Shown here: positions 26,500 through 41,100 of the stretch, piece by piece
Layout: each line of letters opens with the position of its first letter
Position numbering within the stretch: position 1 is the stretch's first letter
NCBI RefSeq assembly: GCF_006345805.1
Contig: NC_042997.1
Span: 211,234,001 to 211,298,000 of the forward strand
Origin: Octopus sinensis
Lineage: Eukaryota
DNA length: 64,000 nt
Direction: 5' to 3'
Translations under genes and position numbers: made by a program
Notes under the pieces: model-generated
The model's input: the letters and a program-made list of their open reading frames with translations, nothing else
The model's database searches: none
What the model was told of the DNA's origin: nothing

Positions 26500-28050
26500 G
26501 GATCGACTAGTCACGACTAGCTAGCGCGAGTGTGCGCACCGGGACCACTGTTCTCGAGTAGAACCATCCACGGCAACGAAAAGAATTGAAATGGCTAATG
26601 TGGAAGCCATAGAAGAGTGTTTGAAGGAGTTAAAGAACCTCACAACATTCTGTAACAGAGGGAAAAAATACGGCAGAGCGGAGGTTAGGTTTGCAAGCGA
26701 GCAAGAAGCGATAAAGCACTCCACTGTGGAAATAAGGACACCAGCGTGGGTACGTCTGCCAGGGTGAGAATAGGCAGAGTACCCCTGGAGATTGAGAAGG
26801 TGTGGATGGTGGCAGTACAACATGGAAGAGGAAGTGGAGGCGAAAGTTTTTAAAAGTAACGAGAACGAAAGAGGTGGTGATACAAGGTGACATTGCAAGA
26901 CTTGGTGAAATTAAGAGTTAGTGATGGGGGGGGAAGAGCTCCAACCTGTTACCAGTGTGGAGCAAGGGGACACATGAGAGCAAGGTGTGGCCCAGAACGA
27001 CGAGAAAGATTAACAGGAATAGCAGCAACAAGGGGCAACGAGCAGGAGCAAAATGTCGAAGCGGCGACCCCAGCGAGTGAGTGACCAGTGTCCAGAGAAG
27101 GTGGAGGAAGAATATAATAAGGTGGTGAATAGGTAAAAAGAAAAAGGAAGGAATACGTAGACTCACCGCCAAAGGGTCCAAAGAGGAAGGAAAATAAACT
27201 GGAAGAGACACAGCAGGAGATTCCAACAATGGCAACAAGGGAAACCAAAGTAGAAAGCCAATTGGAAACACAGGAACAAATAAGAACCAAAAAAGAAGAA
27301 ATGGCAGATGGTGACATATTCGAAAAACACGGAAATTGAAAAAGAGAATAACCAAAATGAAGACGGTTGCGAGAGTGAAGTTAATAACGGAATATTATCT
27401 ATTTCTTTACTACCCACAAGGGGCTAAACACAGAGGGGACAAACGGATTAAGTCGATTATATCGACCCCAGTGCGTAACTGGTACTTATTTAATTGACCC
27501 CGAAAGGATGAAAGGCAAAGTCGACCTCAGCGGAATTTGAACCCAGAACGTAGCGGCAGACGGAATACCTATTTCTTTACTACCCACAAGGGGCTAAACA
27601 CAGAGGGGACAAACGGATTAAGTCGATTACATCGAAACCAGTGCGTAACTGGTACTTAATTTATCGACCCCGAAAGGATGAAAGGCAAAATCGACCTCGG
27701 TGGAATTTGAACTCAGAACGTAGGGACGGACGGAATACCGCCAAACATTTCGCCCGGCGTGCTAACGGTTCTGCCAGCTCCTGCCGCCTTAGAAGTTAAC
27801 GACGGAATATTATCCAGAGAAACAGCAAGGCAATTGTGATTGACAAAGAAGGATGTGAAGAACTGGGAGAATTATTTGGAAATAAGATCGACCCAGAAGG
27901 AGAACGCGTGGAGTTTGATGACTTGCCGCCAGTGATTGATTATGAGGACCAACTACCGTACATAAAAGGGTGGGGAAAAGCAAATTTAATGACTATAAAA
28001 CTGATACAAAAAGGAATAAAAGAGAAAAAAGAAAAACATTTAAAATTTAT
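26500..28050 (+). mobile_element. LINE (L1/Tx1-like) 5' region with degenerate ORF1 zinc knuckle, interrupted by a SINE
   Basis: PTCYQCGARGHMRARC is a CX2CX4HX4C knuckle. Purine-rich coding-like sequence with stops. Confidence 0.6.
27400..27791 (-). mobile_element. tRNA-derived SINE, partial tandem dimer with target-site duplication
   Basis: Two head-to-tail units of the same family as 63648-63875. Flanked by gaagttaataacggaatattatc (27377-27399) and gaagttaacgacggaatattatc (27792-27814). Confidence 0.85.
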
Positions 28051-28227
28051 TCTGCTTGCGAGTGGACAGCATGCATCCATTTTCACCCCCATTATTAGAA
28101 TTCATCCTTCCTTCGTTCGTTCAAATGTTTTATATCCCCACCGTAATGTCCTGTCAGTCCTTGTACTGTCCCCTCTGTGTGTTATGGCCCCGTTGTGCCA
28201 AAATAAAGAATGAGAAGTTTGTGGTGT

Positions 28228-28385
28228 TTCGTCTGCCGTTACGTTCTGAGTTCAAATTCCGCCGAGGTCGACTTTGCTTTTTATCCTTTCGGGGTCGGTA
28301 AATTAAGTACCAGTTACGCACTGGGGTCCATGTAATCGACTTAATACCTATGTCTGTCCTTGTTTGTCCCCTTGTGGGTAGAAAA
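28228..28385 (+). mobile_element. tRNA-derived SINE (second family), 5'-truncated
   Basis: Colinear with 63695-63870. Confidence 0.8.
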
Positions 28386-29176
28386 GAAAAAAAAAAAAAA
28401 GAAGGAGACGGCATTCGGTAAATTCCGTAAATTCACATGGCGGAGACGTAAAGGGACCCGTCCATCCCTTTAGAAAAAAAAAATTGTTTTTATCGAATCC
28501 CACGTTTTCGGCTATGGAGATGTCCGATTCTGAAAAGAAAAATTGTTTGTAAAATTTCAATTTAAAAAAAAAAGACCCCCCTCCTTATTCCGAAGATTTC
28601 CGCAACCCGTTCCGTTGCGGAAAGCAAGTCGAGGTCTGTTGGTCCCGAATAGTCAGAGTGTATGGTTGGGTGATTCGGGCGATAGGAAATGGTCTGGCGT
28701 TGACGGATCTATGTTTGGAGAAATTTATGGATTTACGGCGAAGAAAAGATTCCCAGAATTTCTTATAACATTTCTCAAACCCTTTTGCCCAAGTTTATTC
28801 CCGACGGCCGTCCATGGCTGGGAGGTTTCACTCGTCAAAAACGAAAACACTTTCATTTCACTTTGTCACGGATTACTCTGAAAGAAACCTTTGCAGAAAA
28901 GAAGGTGAGTAGATTCATTCCATATTTCTTTCATTATGTTATCGCAGTTTTGTGGGATTTGGCTGTTATTTCCAGCATATTTCCTCTGTTCATTTTCAGG
29001 CAGCAGGATGAAGGAGGCTTGACAACTTTGTTTAGCTACGATAAAGGACAAAAAAACCCACTTTATTTAAGGGCACAATTTTTGATTCAGTTCCTAGAGA
29101 TGCCAATATTAAATGCAGTTCAAAATTACATTTCTTCTCTCACCTAAATATAAATACAAAGACAACAAATGAGAAG

Positions 29177-32100
29177 ACAAAGATTTTACCTTGATCAAAA
29201 GATTCTAAACCTTTAAAAGTATTTTTGACTTGGCTTTTTGTTGCCTTCGGAAAATTTGTATCATCTTTGATGTTTTTCAATCAATTATCTTTTATGTTTA
29301 AATATATGAGAGGTTCGTTTTCGATTCCAAAGAGCATCGGTTCCTTTAATCTCGCCATTTAGATGACATGAAACTCAAAAAAACTCTCACAAAGATTTTA
29401 CCTTGATGAAAAGATTCTAATCCTTTAAAACTATTTTTGCTTGGCTTTTTGCTGCCTTCATAAAATTTGTATCATCTTTGATGTTTTTCAATCAATTATC
29501 TTTTATGTTTAAATATATGAGAGGTTCGTTTTCGATTCCAAAGAGCATCGGTTCCTTTCATCTCGCCAATTAGATGACATGAAACTCAAAAAAACTCTCA
29601 CAAAGATTTTACCTTGATCAAAAGATTCTAAACCTTTAAAACTATTTTTGCCTTATCTTTCAGAAAATTTGTATCATCTTTGATGTTTTTCAATCAATTA
29701 TCTTTTATGTTTTAATATATGAGAGGTTCGTTTTCGATTCCAAAGAGCATCGGTTCCTTTCATCTCGCCAATTAGCTGACATGAAACTCAAAAAAACTCT
29801 CACAAAGATTTTACCTTGATCAAAAGATTCTAATCCTTTAAAACTATTTTTGCCTTGGCTTTTTCCTGCCTTCGGAAAATTTGTATCATCTTTGATGTTT
29901 TTCAATCAATTATCTTTTATGTTTAAATATATGAGAGGTTCGTTTTCGATTCCAAAGAGCATCGGTTCCTTTAATCTCGCCATTTAGATGACATGAAACT
30001 CAAAAAAACTCTCACAAAGATTTTACCTTGATCAAAAGATTCTAATCCTTTAAAACTATTTTTGACTTGGCTTTTTGCTGCCTTCGGAAAATTTGTATCA
30101 TCTTTGATGTTTTTCAATCCATTATCTTTTATGTTTAAATATATGAGAGGTTTGTTTTCGATTCCAAAGAGCATCGGTTCCTTTAATCTCGCCATTTAGA
30201 TGACATGAAACTCAAAAAAACTCTCACAAAGATTTTACCTTGATCAAAAGATTCTAATCCTTTAAAACTATTTTTGACTTGGCTTTTTGCTGCCTTCAGA
30301 AAATTTGTATCATCTTTGATGTTTTTCAATCAATTATCTTTTATGTTTAAATATATGAGAGGTTCGTTTTCGATTCCAAAGAGCATCGGTTCCTTTAATC
30401 TCGCCATTTAGATGACATGAAACTCAAAAAAACTCTCGCAAAGGTTTTACCTTGATCAAAAGATTCTAACCTTTAAAACTATTTTTGCCTTGGCTTTTTG
30501 CTGCCTTCGGAAAATTTGTATCATCTTTGATGTTTTTCAATCAATTATCTTTTATGTTTAAATATATGAGAGGTTCGTTTTCGATTCCAAAGAGCATCGG
30601 TTCCTTTAATCTCGCCATTTAGATGACATGAAACTCAAAAAAACTCTCACAAAGATTTTACCTTGATCAAAAGATTCTAACCTTTAAAACTATTTTTGCC
30701 TTGGCTTTTTGCTGCCTTCGGAAAATTTGTATCATCTTTGATGTTTTTCAATCAATTATCTTTTATGTTTAAATATATGAGAGGTTCGTTTTCGATTCCA
30801 AAGAGCATCGGTTCCTTTAATCTCGCCATTTAGATGACATGAAACTCAAAAAAACTCTCACAAAGATTTTACCTTGATCAAAAGATTCTAAACCTTTAAA
30901 ACTATTTTTGACTTGGCTTTTTGCTGCCTTCGGAAAATTTGTATCATCTTTGATGTTTTTCAATCAATTATCTTTTATGTTTAAATATATGAGAGGTTCG
31001 TTTTCGATTCCAAAGAGCATCGGTTCCTTTAATCTCGCCATTTAGATGACATGAAACTCAAAAAAACTCTCACAAAGATTTTACCTTGATCAAAAGATTC
31101 TAAACCTTTAAAACCATTTTTGCCTTGGCTTTTTGCTGCCTTTGTTAAATTTGTATAATCTTTGATGTTTTTCAATCAATTATCTTTTATGTTTAAATAT
31201 ATGAGAGGTTCGTTTTCGATTCCAAAGAGCATCGGTTCCTTTAATCTCGCCATTTAGATGACATGAAACTCAAAAAAACTCTCACAAAGATTTTACCTTG
31301 ATCAAAAGATTCTAAACCTTTAAAACTATTTTTGCCTTGGCTTTTTGCTGCCTTCGGAAAATTTGTATCATCTTTGATGTTTTTCAATCAATTATCTTTT
31401 ATGTTTAAATATATGAGAGGTTCGTTTTCGATTCCAAAGAGCATCGGTTCCTTTAATCTCGCCATTTAGATGACATGAAACTCAAAAAAACTCTCACAAA
31501 GATTTTACCTTGATCAAAAGATTCTAACCTTTAAAACTATTTTGCCTTGGCTTTTTGCTGCCTTCGGAAAATTTGTATCATCTTTGATGTTTTTCAATCA
31601 ATTATCTTTTATGTTTAAATATATGAGAGGTTCGTTTTCGATTCCAAAGAGCATCGGTTCCTTTAATCTCGCCATTTAGATGACATGAAACTCAAAAAAA
31701 CTCTCACAAAGATTTTACCTTGATCAAAATATTCTAATCCTTTAAAACTATTTTTGACTTGGCTTTTTGTTGCCTTCGGAAAATTTGTATCATCTTTGAT
31801 GTTTTTCAATCAATTATCTTTTATGTTTAAATATATGAGAGGTTCGTTTTCGATTCCAAAGAGCATCGGTTCCTTTAATCTCGCCATTTAGATGACATGA
31901 AACTCAAAAAAACTCTCACAAAGATTTTACCTTGATCAAAAGATTCTAAACCTTTAAAACTATTTTTGCCTTGGCTTTTTGCTGCCTTCATAAAATTTGT
32001 ATGATCTTTGATGTTTTTCAATCAATATCTTTTATGTTTAAATATATGAGAGGTTCGTTTTCGATTCCAAAGAGCATCGGTTCCTTTAATCTCGCCATTT

Positions 32101-35100
32101 AGATGACATGAAACTCAAAAAAACTCTCACAAAGATTTTACCTTGATCAAAAGATTCTAAACCTTTAAAACTATTTTTGCCTTGGCTTTTTGCTGCCTTC
32201 GGAAAATTTGTATCATCTTTGATGTTTTTCAATCAATTATCTTTTATGTTTAAATATATGAGAGGTTCGTTTTCGATTCCAAAGAGCATCGGTTCCTTTA
32301 ATCTCGCCATTTAGATGACATGAAACTCAAAAAAACTCTCACAAAGATTTTACCTTGATCAAAAGATTCTAATCCTTTAAAACTATTTTTGCCTTGGCTT
32401 TTTGCTGCCTTCGGAAAATTTGTATCATCTTTGATGTTTTTCAATCAATTATCTTTTATGTTTAAATATATGAGAGGTTCGTTTTCGATTCCAAAGAGCA
32501 TCGGTTCCTTTAATCTCGCCATTTAGATGACATGAAACTCAAAAAAACTCTCACAAAGATTTTACCTTGATCAAAAGATTCTAATCCTTTAAAACTATTT
32601 TTGACTTGGCTTTTTGCTGCCTTCGGAAAATTTGTATCATCTTTGATGTTTTTCAATCAATTATCTTTTATGTTTAAATATATGAGAGGTTCGTTTTCGA
32701 TTCCAAAGAGCATCGGTTCCTTTAATCTCGCCATTTAGATGACATGAAACTCAAAAAAACTCTCACAAAGATTTTACCTTGATCAAAAGATTCTAATCCT
32801 TTAAAACTATTTTTGACTTGGCTTTTTGCTGCCTTCGGAAAATTTGTATCATCTTTGATGTTTTTCAATCAATTATCTTTTATGTTTAAATATATGAGAG
32901 GTTCGTTTTCGATTCCAAAGAGCATCGGTTCCTTTCATCTCGCCATTTAGATGACATGAAACTCAAAAAAACTCTCACAAAGATTTTACCTTGATCAAAA
33001 GATTCTAAACCTTTAAAACTATTTTTACCTTGGCTTTTTGCTGCCTTCGGAAAATTTGTATCATCTTTGATGTTTTTCAATCCATTATCTTTTATGTTTA
33101 AATATATGAGAGGTTCGTTTTCGATTCCAAAGAGCATCGGTTCCTTTAATCTCGCCATTTAGATGACATGAAACTCAAAAAAACTCTCACAGAGATCTTA
33201 CCTTGATCAAAAGATTGTAATCCTTTAAAACTATTTTTGACTTGGCTTTTTGCTGCCTTCGGAAAATTTGTATGATCTTTGATGTTTTTCAATCAATTAT
33301 CTTTTATGTTTAAATATATGAGAGGTTCGTTTTCGATTCCAAAGAGCATCGGTTCCTTTAATCTCGCCATTTAGATGACATGAAACTCAAAAAAACTCTC
33401 ACAAAGATTTTACCTTGATCAAAAGATTCTAATCCTTTAAAACTATTTTTGACTTGGCTTTTTGCTGCCTTCGGAAAATTTGTATCATCTTTGATGTTTT
33501 TCAATCAATTATCTTTTATGTTTAAATATATGAGAGGTTCGTTTTCGATTCCAAAGAGCATCGGTTCCTTTCATCTCGCCATTTAGATGACATGAAACTC
33601 AAAAAAACTCTCACAAAGATTTTACCTTGATCAAAAGATTCTAATCCTTTAAAACTATTTTTGACTTGGCTTTTTGCTGCCTTCGGAAAATTTGTATCAT
33701 CTTTGATGTTTTTCAATCAATTATCTTTATGTTTAAATATATGAGAGGTTCGTTTTCGATTCCAAAGAGCATCGGTTCCTTTCATCTCGCCATTTAGATG
33801 ACATGAAACTCAAAAAAACTCTCACAAAGATTTTACCTTGATCAAAAGATTCTAATCCTTTAAAACTATTTTTGCCTTGGCTTTTTGCTGCCTTCGGAAA
33901 ATTTGTATGATCTTTGATGTTTTTCAATCAATTATCTTTATGTTTAAATATATGAGAGGTTCGTTTTCTATTCCAAAGAGTATCGGTTCCTTTAATCTCG
34001 CCATTTAGATGACATGAAACTCAAAAAAACTCTCACAAAGATTTTACATTGATCAAAAGTTTCTAAACATTTAAAACTATTTTTGCCTCGGCTTTTTGCT
34101 GTCTTCGGAAAATTTGTATCATCTTTGATGTTTTTCAATCAATTATCTTTTATGTTTAAATATATGAGAGGTTCGTTTTCGATTCCAAAGATCATCGGTT
34201 CCTTTAATCTTGCCATTTAGATGACATGAAACTTAAAAAACTCTCACAAAGATTTTAACTCGATCAAAAGATTCTAAACGTTTAAAACTATTTTTGCCTC
34301 GGCTTTTTGCTGTCTTCGGAAAATTTGTATCATCTTTGATGTTTTTCAATCAATTATCTTTTATGTTTAAATATATGAGAGGTTTGTTTTCGATGTGAAA
34401 GAGCATCGGTTCCTTTAATCTCGCCATTTAGATGACATGAAACTCAAAAAAACTCTCACAAAGATTTTACCTTGATCAAAAGATTCTAATCCTTTAAAAC
34501 TATTTTTGACTTGGCTTTTTGCTGCCTTTGGAAAATTTGTATCATCTTTGATGTTTTTCAATCAATTATCTTTTATGTTTAAATATATGAGAGGTTCGTT
34601 ATCTATTCCAAAGAGCATCGGTTCCTTTAATCTCGCCATTTAGATGACATGAAACTCAAAAAAACTCTCACAATGATTTTACTTTGATCAAAAGATTCTA
34701 ATCCTTTAAAACTATTTTTGACTTGGCTTTTTGCTGCCTTCGGAAAATTTGTATCATCTTTGATGTTTTTCAATCAATTATCTTTTATGTTTAAATATAT
34801 GAGAGGTTCGTTTTCGATTCCAAAGAGCATCGGTTCCTTTAATCTCGCCATTTAGATGACATGAAACTCAAAAAAACTCTCAAAAAGATTTTACCTTGAT
34901 CAAAAGATTCTAATCCTTTAAAACTATTTTTGCCTTGGCTTTTTGCTGCCTTCGGAAAATTTGTATCATCTTTGATGTTTTTCAATCAATTATCTTTTAT
35001 GTTTAAATATATGAGAGGTTCGTTTTCGATTCCAAAGAGCATCGGTTCCTTTAATCTCGCCATTTAGATGACATGAAACTCAAAAAAACTCTCACAAAGA

Positions 35101-38100
35101 TTTTACCTTGATCAAAAGATTCTAATCCTTTAAAACTATTTTTGACTTGGCTTTTTGCTGCCTTCGGAAAATTTGTATCATCTTTGATGTTTTTCAATCA
35201 ATTATCTTTTATGTTTAAATATATGAGAGGTTCGTTTTCGATTCCAAAGAGCATCGGTTCCTTTAATCTCGCCATTTAGATGACATGAAACTCAAAAAAA
35301 CTCTCACAAAGATTTTACCTTGATCAAAAGATTCTAATCCTTTAAAACTATTTTTGACTTGGCTTTTTGCTGCCTTCGGAAAATTTGTATGATCTTTGAT
35401 GTTTTTCAATCAATTATCTTTTATGTTTAAATATATGAGAGGTTCGTTTTCGATTCCAAAGAGCATCGGTTCCTTTAATCTCGCCATTTAGATGACATGA
35501 AACTCAAAAAAACTCTCACAAAGATTTTACCTTGATCAAAAGATTCTAATCCTTTAAAACTATTTTGACTTGGCTTTTTGCTGCCTTCGGAAAATTTGTA
35601 TCATCTTTGATGTTTTTCAATCAATTATCTTTTATGTTTAAATATATGAGAGGTTCGTTTTCGATTCCAAAGAGCATCGGTTCCTTTAATCTCGCCATTT
35701 AGATGACATGAAACTCAAAAAAACTCTCACAAAGATTTTACCTTGATCAAAAGATTCTAATCCTTTAAAACTATTTTTGCCTTGGCTTTTTGCTGTCTTC
35801 GGAAAATTTGTATCATCTTTGATGTTTTTCAATCAATTATCTTTTATGTTTAAATATATGAGAGGTTCGTTTTCTATTCCAAAGAGTATCGGTTCCTTTA
35901 ATCTCGCCATTTAGATGACATGAAACTCAAAAAAACTCTCACAAAGATTTTACCTTGATCAAAAGTTTCTAAACCTTTAAAACTATTTTTGCCTTGGCTT
36001 TTTGCTGTCTTCGGAAAATTTGTATCATCTTTGATGTTTTTCAATCAATTATCTTTTATGTTTAAATATATGAGAGGTTCGTTTTCGATTCCAAAGAGCA
36101 TCGGTTCCTTTAATCTCGCCATTTAGATGACATGAAACTCAAAAAAACTCTCACAAAGATTTTACCTTGATCAAAAGATTCTAATCCTTTAAAACTATTT
36201 TTGACTTGGCTTTTTGCTGCCTTTGGAAAATTTGTATCATCTTTGATGTTTTTCAATCAATTATCTTTTATGTTTAAATATATGAGAGGTTCGTTTTCGA
36301 TTCCAAAGAGCATCGGTTCCTTTAATCTCGCCATTTAGATGACATGAAACTCAAAAAAACTCTCACAAAGATTTTACCTTGATCAAAAGATTCTAATCCT
36401 TTAAAACTATTTTTGACTTGGCTTTTTGCTGCCTTCGGAAAATTTGTATCATCTTTGATGTTTTTCAATCAATTATCTTTTATGTTTAAATATATGAGAG
36501 GTTCGTTTTCGATTCCAAAGAGCATCGGTTCCTTTCATCTCGCCATTTAGATGACATGAAACTCAAAAAAACTCTCACAAAGATTTTACCTTGATCAAAA
36601 GATTCTAAACCTTTAAAACTATTTTTGCCTTGGCTTTTTGCTGCCTTCGGAAAATTTGTATCATCTTTGATGTTTTTCAATCAATTATCTTTTATGTTTA
36701 AATATATGAGAGGTTCGTTTTCGATTCCAAAGAGCATCGGTTCCTTTCATCTCGCCATTTAGATGACATGAAACTCAAAAAAACTCTCACAAAGATTTTA
36801 CCTTGATCAAAAGATTCTAATCCTTTAAAACTATTTTTGACTTGGCTTTTTGCTGCCTTCGGAAAATTTGTATCATCTTTGATGTTTTTCAATCAATTAT
36901 CTTTTATGTTTAAATATATGAGAGGTTCGTTTTCGATTCCAAAGAGCATCGGTTCCTTTCATCTCGCCATTTAGATGACATGAAACTCAAAAAAACTCTC
37001 ACAAAGATTTTACCTTGATCAAAAGATTCTAATCCTTTAAAACTATTTTTGACTTGGCTTTTTGCTGCCTTCGGAAAATTTGTATGATCTTTGATGTTTT
37101 TCAATCAATTATCTTTTATGTTTAAATATATGAGAGGTTCGTTTTCGATTCCAAAGAGCATCGGTTCCTTTAATCTCGCCATTTAGATGACATGAAACTC
37201 AAAAAAACTCTCACAAAGATTTTACCTTGATCAAAAGATTCTAACCTTTAAAACTATTTTTGCCTTGGCTTTTTGCTGCCTTCGGAAAATTTGTATCATC
37301 TTTGATGTTTTTCAATCATTATCTTTTATGTTTAAATATATGAGAGGTTCGTTTTCGATTCCAAAGAGCATCGGTTCCTTTAATCTCGCCATTTAGATGA
37401 CATGAAACTCAAAAAAACTCTCACAAAGATTTTACCTTGATCAAAAGATTCTAATCCTTTAAAACTATTTTTGACTTGGCTTTTTGCTGCCTTCGGAAAA
37501 TTTGTATCATCTTTGATGTTTTTCAATCAATTATCTTTTATGTTTAAATATATGAGAGGTTCGTTTTCGATTCCAAAGAGCATCGGTTCCTTTAATCTCG
37601 CCATTTAGATGACATGAAACTCAAAAAAACTCTCACAAAGATTTTACCTTGATCAAAAGATTCTAATCCTTTAAAACTATTTTTGACTTGGCTTTTTGCT
37701 GCCTTCGGAAAATTTGTATCATCTTTGATGTTTTTCAATCAATTATCTTTTATGTTTAAATATATGAGAGGTTCGTTTTCGATTCCAAAGAGCATCGGTT
37801 CCTTTCATCTCGCCATTTAGATGACATGAAACTCAAAAAAACTCTCACAAAATTTTAACCTTGATCAAAAGATTCTAACCTTTAAAACTATTTTTGCCTT
37901 GGCTTTTTGCTGCCTTCGGAAAATTTGTATCATCTTTGATGTTTTTCAATCAATTATCTTTTATGTTTAAATATATGAGAGGTTCGTTTTCTATTCCAAA
38001 GAGCATCGGTTCCTTTCATCTCGCCATTTAGATGACATGAAACTCAAAAAATCTCTCACAAAGATTTTACCTTGATCAAAAGATTCTAATCCTTTAAAAC

Positions 38101-41100
38101 TATTCTTGCCTTGGCTTTTTGCTTCCTTCGGAAAATTAGTATCATCTTTGATGGTTTTCAATCAATTATCTTTTATGTTTAAATATATGAGAGGTTCGTT
38201 TTCTATTCCAAAGAGCATCGGGTCCTTTCATCTCGCCATTTAGATGACATGAAACTCAAAAAATCTCTCACAAAGATTTTACCTTGATCAAAAGATTCTA
38301 ATCCTTTAAAACTATTTTTGCCTTGGCTTTTTGCTGCCTTCGGAAAATTTGTATCATCTTTGATGTTTTTCAATCAATTATCTTTTATGTTTAAATATAT
38401 GAGAGGTTCGTTTTCGATTCCAAAGAGCATCGGGTCCTTTCATCTCGCCATTTAGATGACATGAAACTCAAAAAAACTCTCACAAAGATTTTACCTTGAT
38501 CAAAAGATTCTAATCCTTTAAAACTATTTATGACTTGGCTTTTTGCTGCCTTCGGAAAATTTGTATCATCTTTGATGTTTTTCAATCAATTATCTTTTAT
38601 GTTTAAATATATGAGAGGTTCGTTTTCGATTCTAAAGATCATCAGTTCCTTTCATCTCGCCATTTAGATGACATGAAACTCAAAAAACTCTCACAAAGAT
38701 TTTACTTGATCAAAAGATTCTAAACCTTTAAAACTATTTTTGACTTGGCTTTTTGCTGCCTTCGGAAAATTTGTATCATCTTTGATGTTTTTCAATTCAA
38801 TTATCTTTTATGTTTAAATATATGAGAGGTTCGTTTTCGATTCCAAAGAGCATCGGTTCCTTTCATCTCGCCATTTAAATGACATGAAACTCAAAAAAAC
38901 TCTCACAAAGATTTTACCTTGATCAAAAGATTCTAAACCTTTAAAACTATTTTTGCCTTGGCTTTTTGCTGCCTTCATAAAATTTTTATGATCTTTGATG
39001 TTTTTCAATCAATTATCTTTCATGTTTAAATATATGAGAGGTTCGTTTTCGATTCCAAAGAGCATCGGTTCCTTAAATCTCGCCATTTAGATGACATGAA
39101 ACTCAAAAAAACTCTCACAAAAATTTTGCCTTGATCAAAAGATTCTAAACCTTTAAAACTATTTTTGCTTTGGCTTTTTGCTGCCTTCAGAAAATTTGTA
39201 TGATCTTTGATGTTTTTCAATTAATTATCTTTTATGTTTAAATATATGAGAGGTTCGTTTTCGATTCCAAAGAGCATCGGTTCCTTTCATCTCGCCATTT
39301 AGATGACATGAAACTCAAAAATCTCTCACAAAGATTTTACCTTGATCAAAAGATTCTAATCCTTTAAAACTATTCTTGCCTTGGCTTTTTGCTGCCTTCG
39401 GAAAATTGTATCATCTTTGATGGTTTTCAATCAATTATCTTTTATGTTTAAATATATGAGAGGTTCGTTTTCGATTCCAAAGAGCATCGGTCCTTTCATC
39501 TCGCCATTTAGATGACATGAAACTCAAAAAACTCTCACAAAGATTTTACCTTGATCAAAAGATTCTAATCCTTTAAAACTATTTTTGCCTTGGCTTTTTG
39601 CTGCCTTCGGAAAATTGTATCATCTTTGATGTTTTTCAATCAATTATCTTTTATGTTTAAATATATGAGATGTTCGTTTTCTATTCCAAAGAGCATCGGG
39701 TCCTTTCATCTCGCCATTTAGATGACATGAAACTCAAAAAAACTCGCACAATGATTTTACCTTGATCAAAAGATTCTAATCCCTTAAAACTATTTTTGAC
39801 TTGGCTTTTTGCTGCCTTCGGAAAATTTGTATCATCTTTGATGATTTGGAATCAATTATCTTTTATGTTTAAATATATGAGAGGTTCGTTTTCGATTCTA
39901 AAGATCATCGGTTCCTTTCATCTCGCCATTTAGATGACATGAAACTTAAAAAAACTCTGAAAAAAATTTTAACTTGATCAAAAGATTCTAAACCTTTAAA
40001 CTATTTTTGCCTTGGCTTTTTGCTGCCTTCGGAAAATTTGTATCATCTTTGATATTTTTCATTCAATAATCTTTTATGTTTAAATATATGAGAGGTTCGT
40101 TTTCGATTCGAAAGAGCATCGGTTCCTTTCATCTCGCCATTTAGATGACATGAAACTTAAAAAAACTCTGACAAAAATTTTAACTCGATCAAAAGATTCT
40201 AAACGTTTAAAACTATTTTTGCCTTGGCTTTTTGTTGCCTTCGGAAAATTTGTATCATATTTGATATTTTTCATTCAATAATCTTTCATGTTTAAATATA
40301 TGAGAGGTTCGTTTTCGATTCGAAAGAGCATCGGTTCCTTTAATCTCGCCATTTAGATGACATGAAACTGAAAAAAACTCTCACAAAAATTTTAACTTGA
40401 TCAAAAGATTCTAAACCTTTAAAACTATTTTTGCCTTGGCTTTTTGCTGCCTTCGGACAATTTGTATCATCTTTGATGTTTTTCAATCAATTATCTTTTA
40501 TGTTTAAATATATGAGAGGTTCGTTTTCTATTTCAAAGAGCATCGGTTCCTTTCATCTCGCCATTTAGATGACATGAAACTCAAAAATCTCTCACAAAGA
40601 TTTTACCTTGATCAAAAGATTCTAATCCTTTAAAACTATTCTTGCCTTGGCTTTTTGCTTCCTTCGGAAAATTAGTATCATCTTTGATGTTTTCAATCAA
40701 TTATCTTTTATGTTTAAATATATGAGAGGTTCGTTTTCGATTCCAAAGAGCATCGGTTCCTTTCATCTCGCCATTTAGATGACATGAAACTCAAAAAACT
40801 CTCACAAAGATTTTACCTTGATCAAAAGATTCTAATCCTTTAAAACTATTTTTGCCTTGGCTTTTTCCTGCCTTCGGAAAATTTGTATCATCTTTGATGG
40901 TTTTCAATCAATTATCTTTTATGTTTAAATATATGAGAGGTTCGTTTTCGATTCCAAAGAGCATCGGTTCCTTTCATCTCGCCAATTAGATGACATGAAA
41001 CTCAAAAAAACTCTCACAAAGATTTTACCTTGATCAAAAGATTCTAATCCTTTAGAACTATTTTTGACTTGGCTTTTTCCTGCCTTCGGAAAATTTGTAT

